From the NCBI GenBank assembly GCA_035593865.1, contig DAOTAI010000003.1:1-35346 (forward strand): a stretch of 35,346 nucleotides of DNA. The letters run 5' to 3'. Of the stretch, positions 25,140 to 33,658 are shown one piece after another (position 1 is the first letter of the stretch; every line of letters starts with the position of its first letter). The notes under the pieces were generated by a model. That model saw only the letters and a program-made list of their open reading frames with translations, did not search any database and was not told the DNA's origin. Made by a program: the position numbers and the translations under genes. This stretch comes from Acidobacteriota bacterium (GTDB lineage Bacteria; Acidobacteriota; UBA6911; RPQK01).

Positions 25140-25304
25140 GCGCGGCGGTTGAGTGACTCGCCGTCTTGTGGCGAGTTGTATCGAAACCGTGCGCCACGCC
25201 TCAGCCGCTCGGACCGCTTATGCCTCCCCGTCGAGCGCGGGCCAGAAGAGCACGGGGTTTCGATACAGCGCGCTAGAAGACAGCGCGCCACTCAACCGCC
25301 GTGC
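25140..25304 (+). ncRNA. Candidate structured RNA (or cruciform-forming DNA element): perfect four-way junction, unknown class
   Basis: Hand-folded helices: P1 25144-25155/25289-25300 (12 bp perfect, extendable to 16). H1 25156-25162/25170-25176. H2 25177-25192/25250-25267 plus further inner pairing. H3 25268-25274/25282-25288. There are no unpaired junction nucleotides. The H1 loop GTCTT is complementary to the H3 loop AAGAC. No credible ORF is present. The strand is assigned only from two G:T pairs in the P1 extension. Confidence 0.4.
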
Positions 25305-25423
25305 TCCCCCGGCCCACTTGGGGCTCGGAGCTTCGCCGGTATTCGTACATCTTCGCGTCTGCTGCCCTGCTCCGTTTCGTCCTGTTTGTTAGCTCGGCGC
25401 CACTGTGAAATTATCCCTTCGCC

Positions 25424-25491
25424 CTTGCGTCTCTTGCGACCGTCTTGCGACCCTTTCACGTTTTCCTTGTATACTTGACACCGTTTGCGAC
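25424..25491 (+). promoter_or_regulatory. Phased direct repeats (C/T)TTGCG(A/T)C upstream of the GT-C glycosyltransferase gene
   Basis: CTTGCGT 25424-25430. TCTTGCGACC at 25432-25441 and again at 25443-25452 (exact 10-mer, 11-bp period). TTTGCGAC at 25484-25491, ending one nt before ATG 25493. Confidence 0.35.
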
Positions 25492-25492
25492 G

Positions 25493-27085
25493 ATGCTAAG
25501 AGTTTTCAGAATCTTTCCGATACTCGCCCTGGCAGTGTTCTGGACTCTTTCGACCAGGCACCTTGATTTACCCGGTCCATACGAAGATGAAGTGCTCCTG
25601 ACGATCCCGGCCATACACTTAATTACCGGCAAGCCGGACGGACCGTTTGGGCTTCATAAAAACTGGAAAATCGGCGGTCGCTACATTGCTCTCCTCAACC
25701 AGGATTACCTGACCTATCTGAAGTCATACACCTTTATCCCAGCTTTCCTTCTAAACGGCATAAATCTCAAATCGGTGCGTTTGACCGGGATCGTCATTGC
25801 CGGCGTGGCCCTCCTTTTCGGCTTTTATTTCATGAAAGGTTTTGCGGGACTGTTTCCGGCAGTCATTGGCACAGTCCTCTTAATGACCGATCTCAGTTAC
25901 ATCTTTCATAACCGCCATGACTGGGGCCCGGTCTCCCTGATGTTCCTTTTTAAACTGAGTGCCCTTTACTTCTTACTGAAGTGGTGGCGTACCGATCGCT
26001 GGATGTACTTTGTCGTCGGGACCGCCTGTCTAGGTCTCGGCGTTTTGGACAAGGCCAACTTTGCCTGGTTTTTGTTTGCGGGCTTCTTGGCTTTTGTACT
26101 GACTTGTGGACTTCCCCGTGACCGCTGGCGTGCGAAGCACGTGGTGATCCTGGTGATTTTCATGCTTGCCGGCAGTTTTTTTTACATTGACCGGAACGTC
26201 TTCTCGCGCGGCCGCTTGTTCACGCTGATGAAAGGCGATACCAAGGGGTGGGAGAAGTTTGAACCTGGCGCGCTTTATCAAAGGGCCCGTTATCACCTCA
26301 ACCTGTTGAACAACACACTGGACGGGAGGGTTTTCTACCGTTTCTCAACGGGCCAGGAACTGCCGACACCGTCGCTCTTTCCCTGGCTTTTCTGGCTCTC
26401 GGTGCCGTTCTGGGTGCTGTTCGGAAGGGGCCGACCAGCCAAGTTCATGTTTCTGCTGAACGTCTTCACGTTTGTGGCATTCGTCCTGACGCCTCAGGCG
26501 GGCGGCTCTCATCACACCATGGCGATCTATCCTTTCCCCCACTACTTCGCCGCAATTGTTCTAAGCCAGCTTCACGAGCGCTTCGGCCGCACCCCGCGTC
26601 GGCTGCTGGTTGCCAGCGGAGTCGTTACCGTCATAATCGTTGCCGTCTCCGTCTCGAACCTTTACGGAATCAACATTCACTATGCCGCCTACCAGGCCGG
26701 AAAGACGAGCAAGCGGTGGACCGAGCAGATATACCCGCTCGTTGATTACCTGCGGGCGAACAAAGACCGGCCGGCACACGTCTACGATTGGGGGATTCGG
26801 CATAACGTTCTTTTCCTGACTGAAGGTGAGATTGAACTGGGCGAACCCTACTGGTCAGCCATGTTTGACCCAGATTTCGAGGCTCGGTTCGAGCGGACGT
26901 TTCCTGAACCTGGAGTCTCTTACGTGCTTCACACCGAGGAGGCAACCTTCATGGGGGTTGCTAGGGATTGGTTCATGGCACGGGCCAAGCCGAAGCTGGA
27001 GGCTGGAGAACTTAGAGAGCGATTGATCGGCGACGGGTCCCAGTTCGTGGTTTACGAGACAGTCTCACTTCCACGGAGCAAATAA
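25493..27085 (+). CDS. Polytopic membrane glycosyltransferase, GT-C fold (ArnT / PMT_2 / GT39-like)
   Basis: About 530 aa with more than 10 hydrophobic helices. It has an acidic first-loop motif (PGPYEDEV) as in ArnT/PMT enzymes and a soluble C-terminal domain. The ATG at 25493 is preferred over the upstream TTG 25445. Confidence 0.65.
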   Translation: MLRVFRIFPILALAVFWTLSTRHLDLPGPYEDEVLLTIPAIHLITGKPDGPFGLHKNWKIGGRYIALLNQDYLTYLKSYTFIPAFLLNGINLKSVRLTGIVIAGVALLFGFYFMKGFAGLFPAVIGTVLLMTDLSYIFHNRHDWGPVSLMFLFKLSALYFLLKWWRTDRWMYFVVGTACLGLGVLDKANFAWFLFAGFLAFVLTCGLPRDRWRAKHVVILVIFMLAGSFFYIDRNVFSRGRLFTLMKGDTKGWEKFEPGALYQRARYHLNLLNNTLDGRVFYRFSTGQELPTPSLFPWLFWLSVPFWVLFGRGRPAKFMFLLNVFTFVAFVLTPQAGGSHHTMAIYPFPHYFAAIVLSQLHERFGRTPRRLLVASGVVTVIIVAVSVSNLYGINIHYAAYQAGKTSKRWTEQIYPLVDYLRANKDRPAHVYDWGIRHNVLFLTEGEIELGEPYWSAMFDPDFEARFERTFPEPGVSYVLHTEEATFMGVARDWFMARAKPKLEAGELRERLIGDGSQFVVYETVSLPRSK

Positions 27086-29302
27086 GTGATTGCCGGCGAT
27101 CGAATCACGATTTGGATAAGAACCGCTGGAAAAGGGTTCAGAACCCGAACCGCCTGCATTCTGATCCTCCTTTTCACCGTTCTTGGCTTTCATTGGCAGC
27201 TGGTCATTGGCGTCGCTCGCGTCCCTTTCGATTTTGAGGGTTATCACTACCCGCTCCTTTACCAGATCTTCCGCAACCTGGAACAGGGCGTTCTGACTCT
27301 GTGGGACAACACCAGCTACTCGGGAATGCCCTTTGTCCATAACGTCAACGCGGCTACCTATTACCCGGTCCATCTGGTGTTTCTGGGAACGCTGGCGCTG
27401 CTCGGTGTTGACTTTGCTCTCCGCCTCATGCAGTTGCTGGCCTGCTTCCATTATTGGCTCGCCTCGGTCGGGATGTTCCTTCTACTCGAGAGTTTCGGCT
27501 TTCGACGCTCCTTTGCGTTGGTAGGAGGAGTGCTTTTCGCCTGTAACGGTTTTCTGCTGGCTCAAGCCCAGCATCTGGGCCTGGTTGAAACCGTCGCCTG
27601 GATGCCTTTCGCCTTTCTTCTGGCGAAAAAGGGAGTGGAATCGGGGCGCTGGATTTACTTTCACCTGCTCAGCTGTGTGCTGGCAATCATGGTGTTTATT
27701 GGTTTCCTCCCCGAACTGTTGAGCTTTCTTATTGTGTTCGTCCTGTTTGCCCTGTGGTTGATCGTCGCTTCCTCGCCTCGCAGAATTAAGGCCCTTATTC
27801 AGTTCGGGGTTGCGGCCGGCATGGCCCTAGCCCTTTCAGCCATCGTGATTCTGCCGGGCCTCGAGTACGCAGGGTACGCTATCGACCTTGACAGACACGG
27901 AAGCATGACAACGATTCCGCTCCTCACCGCACTGATCCCGGACTTCTTTGGCGCCACGTCACATGAGGAATACTGGGGTCCGATCGACTCGACTCTCCAC
28001 TACTTTTATCCTGGGTTGCTGGTCCCCATTTTTCTGCCTTTCGGGATCGCGAGTCGACGCAAGGATCTCCGTTTTTTCCAGATCTTACTGCCGTTGGCTT
28101 TTCTCCTGGTTTTTTATCCTACTGCCGAGTATTTGCGGGTGCCGTTTCAGGCTCTCCCGCTGGTCGGTCGTCTCTTCAGGCCCGTCAATATGTTGATTTA
28201 CGTGCCTTTTGCGGCGATTGTCCTTTCGCTGGCAGGCTTGGAAAGCGTTAAAAAGGGCTGGCGAGCAGCGATCTCCGTGGTGGGTTGGCTGCTCGTGGTT
28301 CTCGCGCTCTGCTATTACGCGACTGTGGTCTACGATCGAAGCGTAATCGGGCCGGCGACCGTTCCGATTTTTCTCCTTCTCAGCGTGGGGTTGGCAGCCC
28401 TTCTCCTGCGGACTCGATGGAAGCCCGTTGTTATTGCAGTTTTAGTCGCGGAAGTCCTGTGGCTTAATTCGGGAAGATTTTTTGCGGCCTATCCTGGAAA
28501 CCCCAATTCGATCGGCCGGGATTATGTCAACTACACGAACCATGAACTGATCCGTTACTTTCAATCAGATCCTGACCTGTTTCGGATCTCGGTCGATCAG
28601 CAAAATCTGGGCGGCCCATGGAATAGCGGGTTTCGGGTGTGGGGACTGGAGTCGATTAACGGATTCGATCCGCTGATCAGCAGGCAATATGTGGATTTTC
28701 TGAAACAGCACGGCCTCACGTGGAAGACAAATCGCACCTTTCATCTTGGCGACTATGACTCAGAAGTGGGTTTCCGGCTGCTGAATGTGAAGTATTACCT
28801 GACTATTCGCGAGATCACGCCTCCTCATCCTGACTTCGAAAAAGTGATGGACGGCTGGTACCGCGTCTATCGCTACCGCAAGTTCACACCGCGTTACCTG
28901 CTTCTTCCCGAAGTGGAACCTGTCGAAAACATTTCAATTGATCATCTCAGGGAGGCCAAGCCGGTTCGTTTGTTGACTTACAAGACGAACAGCCGTCAGC
29001 TTGAGGTCGATTCGGGGGACCGGCCGTCGTTTCTGTTTATCGGCGAGATGAACTTCACGGGTTGGAAGGCGCAGGTCGACGGTCAGGAGGCCAAGCTTGT
29101 CCCTGTGAACAAGATCTTCCTAGGACTGCCCATCCAGCCGGGCAAACACCAGGTTGAACTAATCTTTTCTCCACGGTCGTTTTGGTGGGGAGCGGGGATC
29201 AGCTTAACGGCGGTGGCAGGAATATTCCTCTTGTTGATTCTCGGCCAAACCAGAGCATCAGCCTATGATTCGATAAAATCTGGCGTTTTTGCCAATCGAT
29301 AG
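27086..29302 (+). CDS. YfhO family membrane protein (GT-C type glycosyltransferase)
   Basis: 738 aa. The GTG start immediately follows the upstream TAA. The N-terminal region LWDNTSYSGMPFVHNVNAATYYPVHL resembles the YfhO signature. It has many TM helices, a large C-terminal extracytoplasmic domain and a final TM. Confidence 0.7.
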   Translation: MIAGDRITIWIRTAGKGFRTRTACILILLFTVLGFHWQLVIGVARVPFDFEGYHYPLLYQIFRNLEQGVLTLWDNTSYSGMPFVHNVNAATYYPVHLVFLGTLALLGVDFALRLMQLLACFHYWLASVGMFLLLESFGFRRSFALVGGVLFACNGFLLAQAQHLGLVETVAWMPFAFLLAKKGVESGRWIYFHLLSCVLAIMVFIGFLPELLSFLIVFVLFALWLIVASSPRRIKALIQFGVAAGMALALSAIVILPGLEYAGYAIDLDRHGSMTTIPLLTALIPDFFGATSHEEYWGPIDSTLHYFYPGLLVPIFLPFGIASRRKDLRFFQILLPLAFLLVFYPTAEYLRVPFQALPLVGRLFRPVNMLIYVPFAAIVLSLAGLESVKKGWRAAISVVGWLLVVLALCYYATVVYDRSVIGPATVPIFLLLSVGLAALLLRTRWKPVVIAVLVAEVLWLNSGRFFAAYPGNPNSIGRDYVNYTNHELIRYFQSDPDLFRISVDQQNLGGPWNSGFRVWGLESINGFDPLISRQYVDFLKQHGLTWKTNRTFHLGDYDSEVGFRLLNVKYYLTIREITPPHPDFEKVMDGWYRVYRYRKFTPRYLLLPEVEPVENISIDHLREAKPVRLLTYKTNSRQLEVDSGDRPSFLFIGEMNFTGWKAQVDGQEAKLVPVNKIFLGLPIQPGKHQVELIFSPRSFWWGAGISLTAVAGIFLLLILGQTRASAYDSIKSGVFANR

Positions 29303-30306
29303 ATCTCGTCTTGGAAACGCTGCATCAGGCTCTCCTTTTCCGAAGCCGGCAGGAAGGCGGCGCTAATCCCCTGCAGTACAATTACGTGTAAATCGTCTCT
29401 TCTCAAAGAGAAGTATTTGACCGCCTTTACGTACTCCTCGGTTAGCGAGGTCTCGAAGATTCCGGGATCGTCGGTATTCAGTGTGACCGGGACGCCTCTT
29501 TTTCGCAGGAGAGTGATCGGATGATTGGAAATCGGTGCCCAGGCGCCCGTTTTGACGTTACTTGTAAGGCACACATCCAAAGCAATGGCATGGTTGCGCA
29601 GGTATTCCATCAAGCGGGGATCGCGAGCGGCCTGAATCCCATGGCCGATTCGATTTGCGCCCAACAGGGTCAAGGCATCCCAGATCTGATCAGGTCCCCC
29701 GATTTCGCCGGCGTGGGTGTGAATATAAAGTCCGTTCGCCTTGGCCCAATGGAATACTTGTTCGTATTCCTTCATCGGAACAGAAGTTTCGTCCCCTCCC
29801 AGGCCGATCCCGACGATGCCGCGATCACGATATCGGAAGGCTAGGTCTGCGGTCTTTTGCGCGGATTCCGGCCCAAATTGCCGCACGCAATCGAGAATCC
29901 AGCGAATAATCACATCTCCCTGCTTTTCCAGCTCGGCACTGCGGTCAAGAAGAGCCGCCAATGTGGCCTCGCCGTCCAGACCGGCTTGCCAGAGGATAGC
30001 TGGCGAAGTGATCAATTCGACGTAGCGGATATTCTCCCGCCGCCAGTAGTCAGCTAGCGCTTCCAGAACGAGCAGGTAGTCCTCCGGTTCCCTCAAATGC
30101 GCGCAGATAGTCCTGTAGGTTCGGAGGAATCCGGAGAAGTCCTCGAACCGGAAAAGAGTGGCGGCAATCTGCTCGGGCGATAGATCTCGATACTCGGTGT
30201 TGTATTTCCTGCTCAGGGTTTGGAGCAAGACGCCGTCGACCGATCCCTCCAGATGCAGATGGAGCTCGGCTTTAGGCAATTGTCGAATGTAGGTGGCCGA
30301 TATCAT
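29263..30306 (-). CDS. add: Adenosine deaminase
   Basis: LPKAELHLHLEGS, HAGE, RIGHG and VTLNTDDPGIF motifs; 347 aa. Its 3' end overlaps the yfhO-like 3' end by 40 nt (convergent). Confidence 0.92.
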   Translation of the reverse strand: MISATYIRQLPKAELHLHLEGSVDGVLLQTLSRKYNTEYRDLSPEQIAATLFRFEDFSGFLRTYRTICAHLREPEDYLLVLEALADYWRRENIRYVELITSPAILWQAGLDGEATLAALLDRSAELEKQGDVIIRWILDCVRQFGPESAQKTADLAFRYRDRGIVGIGLGGDETSVPMKEYEQVFHWAKANGLYIHTHAGEIGGPDQIWDALTLLGANRIGHGIQAARDPRLMEYLRNHAIALDVCLTSNVKTGAWAPISNHPITLLRKRGVPVTLNTDDPGIFETSLTEEYVKAVKYFSLRRDDLHVIVLQGISAAFLPASEKESLMQRFQDEIYRLAKTPDFIES

Positions 30307-30366
30307 TTTGAGTGTCTTCGCGACGAAGGCAACTGCAACCGAAGGCCCTCCACCGGGCGGTTTCCC

Positions 30367-31314
30367 TTAACCCAACAGCTGCAACTCGCGAAGGTGACTG
30401 ACCGTTTCCTCCGAAATGAAGTTTTCGTAGGTCTTGAGTTCTCTGTCTGCGGGCGTTCGTTTACGCATTTCGTCCCAACACATGGGCGAGACGAATATCA
30501 AATCAGCTTCCCGGATGATCTCTTCAATCAGGTCCTGCCGGTTAAGCGGTGCAATCCAGAATTTTTTCTGCGTGGATGGATGAAAGATATTCATAAAGAC
30601 ATCCCAGGAAGCGTGCATAGTCTTCTCGTCCTTGATGACGATAGCAATATTGCGGTTCTTCGCGTTCGCCAGCACTTCCTGATAGATGGCATGACTGGGC
30701 TTGATCTCAAGGAGTGGTCGCCTCACACGGCTGGCCAGGACGGCGACCTGCTCCATGTGCCAACTGGTCGTCAAAATATACTCGACATCCCGCAACTGCT
30801 CTTGCGCGGTCTCCGAATCAATCCGGTTCAGCGAGAGCGGCACGACATCAGCCTTAAGTCGTTCTTTCAGCTCTCGTGAGAAGACCAGGGCCTCCTCCTC
30901 ATCGTCGACTACGGCCAAACGCAGTTTTCGCAAATTGTTCCCGGTAACGAAACCGTCCAGAAGGTGAACCAGACGGGACGGCGGGACACCGAGTTGCCGG
31001 GCTTTCTCCACGGTATCGGAGAGCAGCCGAAAGATAGCTCGGCGGCGCATTTTGTCGTAGGTGTTTTCGCCGCTCCGTTCCTGGAGAAATGCTCCGCTTC
31101 CCTTGATAATCTCGATGTACTTCTCCTGGGCCAACCGCTGGTAGATGTTCCGAATGGTCTTGTAGTTGACATCCAAGGCTTCTGCCAGCTCACGGATCGA
31201 TGGCAGCTTGTCGCCCGGGTTGATCTTTCCGCAGTAGATCGCGGAAAGAAGTTGTCCCTTGATTTGCTCGTAGTAACTGAGCTGCACGCCCTTGTCGAGG
31301 TTAAATCGAATCAT
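30367..31314 (-). CDS. GntR-family transcriptional regulator with an unassigned ~230-aa C-terminal domain
   Basis: The N-terminal winged HTH is GDKLPSIRELAEALDVNYKTIRNIYQRLAQEKYIEIIKGSGAFL. I do not recognise the C-terminal domain as FadR, HutC, MocR or YtrA type. Confidence 0.8.
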   Translation of the reverse strand: MIRFNLDKGVQLSYYEQIKGQLLSAIYCGKINPGDKLPSIRELAEALDVNYKTIRNIYQRLAQEKYIEIIKGSGAFLQERSGENTYDKMRRRAIFRLLSDTVEKARQLGVPPSRLVHLLDGFVTGNNLRKLRLAVVDDEEEALVFSRELKERLKADVVPLSLNRIDSETAQEQLRDVEYILTTSWHMEQVAVLASRVRRPLLEIKPSHAIYQEVLANAKNRNIAIVIKDEKTMHASWDVFMNIFHPSTQKKFWIAPLNRQDLIEEIIREADLIFVSPMCWDEMRKRTPADRELKTYENFISEETVSHLRELQLLG

Positions 31315-31345
31315 TCATTCCCGCTCTCTCGCCGTCTCTTGAAGT

Positions 31346-32641
31346 CTAGAAGGGACAGGGATAGTAGCCGGCGGTTATCTGTTCCAGCCCGTGCATGTAA
31401 GGCCGGAGCGCCGTCGGTATCGTAACGCTGCCGTCTGGCTGTTGGTAATTTTCTATGACGGCGACCCATGTCCGGCCTATCGCCAGTCCCGAACCATTAA
31501 GAGTATGGACCAGCCGGGTTTTCTTGCCGTCGGACGGGCGATATCGAATGTCAGCCCGGCGGGCTTGAAAATCGCCGAAATTGCTGCACGACGAAATCTC
31601 CCGGTATGCGTTCTGGCTCGGGATCCAAACCTCGATATCGTAAGTCTTTGCAGAACTGAAGCTCATGTCGCCGGTGGATAGCGTGACAACCTGGTAAGGA
31701 AGCTCCAGGATCTTGAGCACATCCTCAGCATCTGAAGTCAGCTTTTCCAGTTCCTGGTATGACTCTTCGGGCTTTGCGAATTTGACCAGTTCGACTTTGT
31801 TGAACTGGTGCTGGCGGATGAGACCGCGGGTGTCTTTACCGTAGGAGCCGGCTTCACTGCGGAAACAGGGAGTATAAGCACAAAGGCTGATAGTCAGCTT
31901 TTCCTCTTCCAGGATCTCTCCCGCAAAGACGTTTGTAACCGGCACCTCCGCGGTCGGTACTAGGAAATAGTCAGTGCCCTCGACGTGAAACAAATCCGCT
32001 TCGAATTTCGGGAGATTCCCGGTACCGAAAAAGCTGTTTCGATTCGCCATGAACGGAGGCAGGACTTCCAGGTAACCGTGCTTTCTGGTGTGGAGGTCGA
32101 GCATGAAGTTGATCAGTGCTCGCTCTAAAAGAGCACCGGGGCCATAGTAATTGACAAACCGCGCCCCGGTTATTTTACTGGCTCGCTCAGGATCGAGGAT
32201 CTTTAGGGAAACCCCCAAATCCACATGGTCGCGAACGGGAAAATCAAACTTCCTTGGCTGGCCCACCACCCGGACGACAGTATTGGCGCTGGCATCGGGT
32301 CCGATCGGAACGCTCTCGTGAGGAATATTAGGCACGCCGGCGAGAAAATCCCGCATTCGAGCTTCAAGCTCGGAGATCTTGTCATCCAGTTCCTTGATTC
32401 TGGCGCCAACGCGCTTCATCTCTTCGATTTTTGAAGAAGCGTCCTGGCGCTGCTTTTTGAGCTCTGCGATCTCGTCGCTTGTCTTGTTCCGCAGCGCGCG
32501 CAATTCCTCCCATTCAAGCCGAGTCGCACGTTCTTCCTCATCAAGCCTCAGAAACTCGGCTGAATCGAAGACAAAGTTTTTAGCATCAAGGCGCTGCTGA
32601 ACTAGCTCGATATTCTCCCGAATGAAGTTCCTGTCTAGCAT
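31346..32641 (-). CDS. serS: Serine--tRNA ligase
   Basis: 431 aa. N-terminal coiled-coil arm ([19 protein letters not shown]...) and class II motifs [21 protein letters not shown] and GSGLAIGRT. Confidence 0.96.
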   Translation of the reverse strand: MLDRNFIRENIELVQQRLDAKNFVFDSAEFLRLDEEERATRLEWEELRALRNKTSDEIAELKKQRQDASSKIEEMKRVGARIKELDDKISELEARMRDFLAGVPNIPHESVPIGPDASANTVVRVVGQPRKFDFPVRDHVDLGVSLKILDPERASKITGARFVNYYGPGALLERALINFMLDLHTRKHGYLEVLPPFMANRNSFFGTGNLPKFEADLFHVEGTDYFLVPTAEVPVTNVFAGEILEEEKLTISLCAYTPCFRSEAGSYGKDTRGLIRQHQFNKVELVKFAKPEESYQELEKLTSDAEDVLKILELPYQVVTLSTGDMSFSSAKTYDIEVWIPSQNAYREISSCSNFGDFQARRADIRYRPSDGKKTRLVHTLNGSGLAIGRTWVAVIENYQQPDGSVTIPTALRPYMHGLEQITAGYYPCPF

Positions 32642-32647
32642 GTTGGA

Positions 32648-33526
32648 TTAAAGCTTAAGGCTTCGAAGATAGTTTCGAAAGGGCTCACCGAGATCTTTTC
32701 GACGCAGAGCGAAATCAACTGTAGCGATAAGATACTCCAGCTTATTTCCCGCGTCATATCTTTGCCCCTTGAAGCGATAAGCATACACCGGTTCCCGTTT
32801 CAAAAGATTGCGCAACCCGTCGGTCAGCTGCAGTTCACCGCCCGTCCCTGGAGTTGTGTCTTTCAAAGATGAGTAGATGGCGGGAGTAAGAATGTAACGG
32901 CCTATGATGGCGAGGTTGGAAGGCGCTTCGTCAAGCTTTGGCTTTTCCACCATATCCTCTACTTCAAAGAGGCGGTTTTCCGGGTCCCCGTCGACCGGGC
33001 GTACTTTGACAACACCGTAGCGCGAGACTGTCTCCGGCGGGACTTCGAGAACGGCTAGAACGCTGGCTCCTGTCCGCTGAAAGCATCCCAAAAGCTGCTT
33101 CATGCAAGGTATTTCATGGTCGATGATGTCATCTCCCAGGAACACTCCGAATGGTTCATCACCAACAAAGGGTTCGGTCACGAGGACGGCATGACCAAGG
33201 CCCAGGGGTTTCTTTTGTCTGATGGAGGAAATCGCGATCATTCGCGAAATGTCTGAGACGATCTTCAGCAGATCTTGTTTCCCCTGCTGTTCAAGGCTGT
33301 GTTCCAGCTCATAGTTGTAGTCAAAATGATCTTCAATCGCGTACTTGTTCTGGCTTGTAACGAACAGGATATCTTCGAAACCCGATTGGACCGCTTCCTC
33401 TACTACATACTGGATCGTCGGCTTATCGACAATCGGGAGCATTTCTTTGGGTATCGCCTTGGTCGCTGGCAAAAAGCGTGTTCCCATCCCAGCCGCAGGA
33501 ATCACCGCCTTACGAACGTGTTTCAT
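32648..33526 (-). CDS. galU: UTP--glucose-1-phosphate uridylyltransferase
   Basis: KAVIPAAGMGTRFLPATKAIPKEMLPIVDKPTIQYVVEEA. ATG 33526 (MKHVRKAV) is preceded by AAGGGGG. The track start 33556 is an upstream TTG. Confidence 0.93.
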   Translation of the reverse strand: MKHVRKAVIPAAGMGTRFLPATKAIPKEMLPIVDKPTIQYVVEEAVQSGFEDILFVTSQNKYAIEDHFDYNYELEHSLEQQGKQDLLKIVSDISRMIAISSIRQKKPLGLGHAVLVTEPFVGDEPFGVFLGDDIIDHEIPCMKQLLGCFQRTGASVLAVLEVPPETVSRYGVVKVRPVDGDPENRLFEVEDMVEKPKLDEAPSNLAIIGRYILTPAIYSSLKDTTPGTGGELQLTDGLRNLLKREPVYAYRFKGQRYDAGNKLEYLIATVDFALRRKDLGEPFRNYLRSLKL

Positions 33527-33658
33527 CAGGCCCCCTTTTTTGGAATTGCCAATCAAAGGATAATAGCATGGCTAAGCAGGGCCGGTCCAAGTCGGTGACA
33601 CCGTTTGATTTGGCGGCTCTGCTTGAACTCCAGTTTGGACGTACGTTACTTTGCTGGA

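Noticed and set aside
25140-25304. Retron msr-msd interpretation of the junction element (flanking 12-16 bp inverted repeats plus internal hairpins)
   Set aside because: No reverse transcriptase or effector gene is present downstream or anywhere in the window. The neighbours are a LarA homolog and membrane glycosyltransferases.
25140-25410. Known four-way-junction or nearby riboswitches (NiCo/czcD, yybP-ykoY Mn, cobalamin; a GCCACTG B12-box-like heptamer occurs at about 25398-25404)
   Set aside because: The junction here has no unpaired conserved nucleotides, whereas the NiCo and Mn riboswitches bind metal at conserved junction or loop residues. The isolated GCCACTG lacks the upstream GGGAA / GGUG..AA.UCC cobalamin core. 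The proximity to a nickel-cofactor enzyme is only suggestive.
25028-25478. Three overlapping track ORFs in the long gap (25028..25291 -, 25149..25478 +, 25153..25392 +)
   Set aside because: They overlap one another in different frames and are rich in Arg/Ser/Pro/Cys. They have no motifs and no plausible ribosome-binding sites, and they coincide with extensive nucleotide-level palindromes that better explain the sequence.
25475-25502. TTGACA (25475-25480) with TAAGAG 16 nt later as promoter of the GT-C gene; also TTGACA at 25072-25077
   Set aside because: The first would place the TSS downstream of the only plausible ATG (25493) and has a poor -10. The second has no acceptable -10 hexamer at 16-18 nt spacing. 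They are recorded only as weak possibilities.
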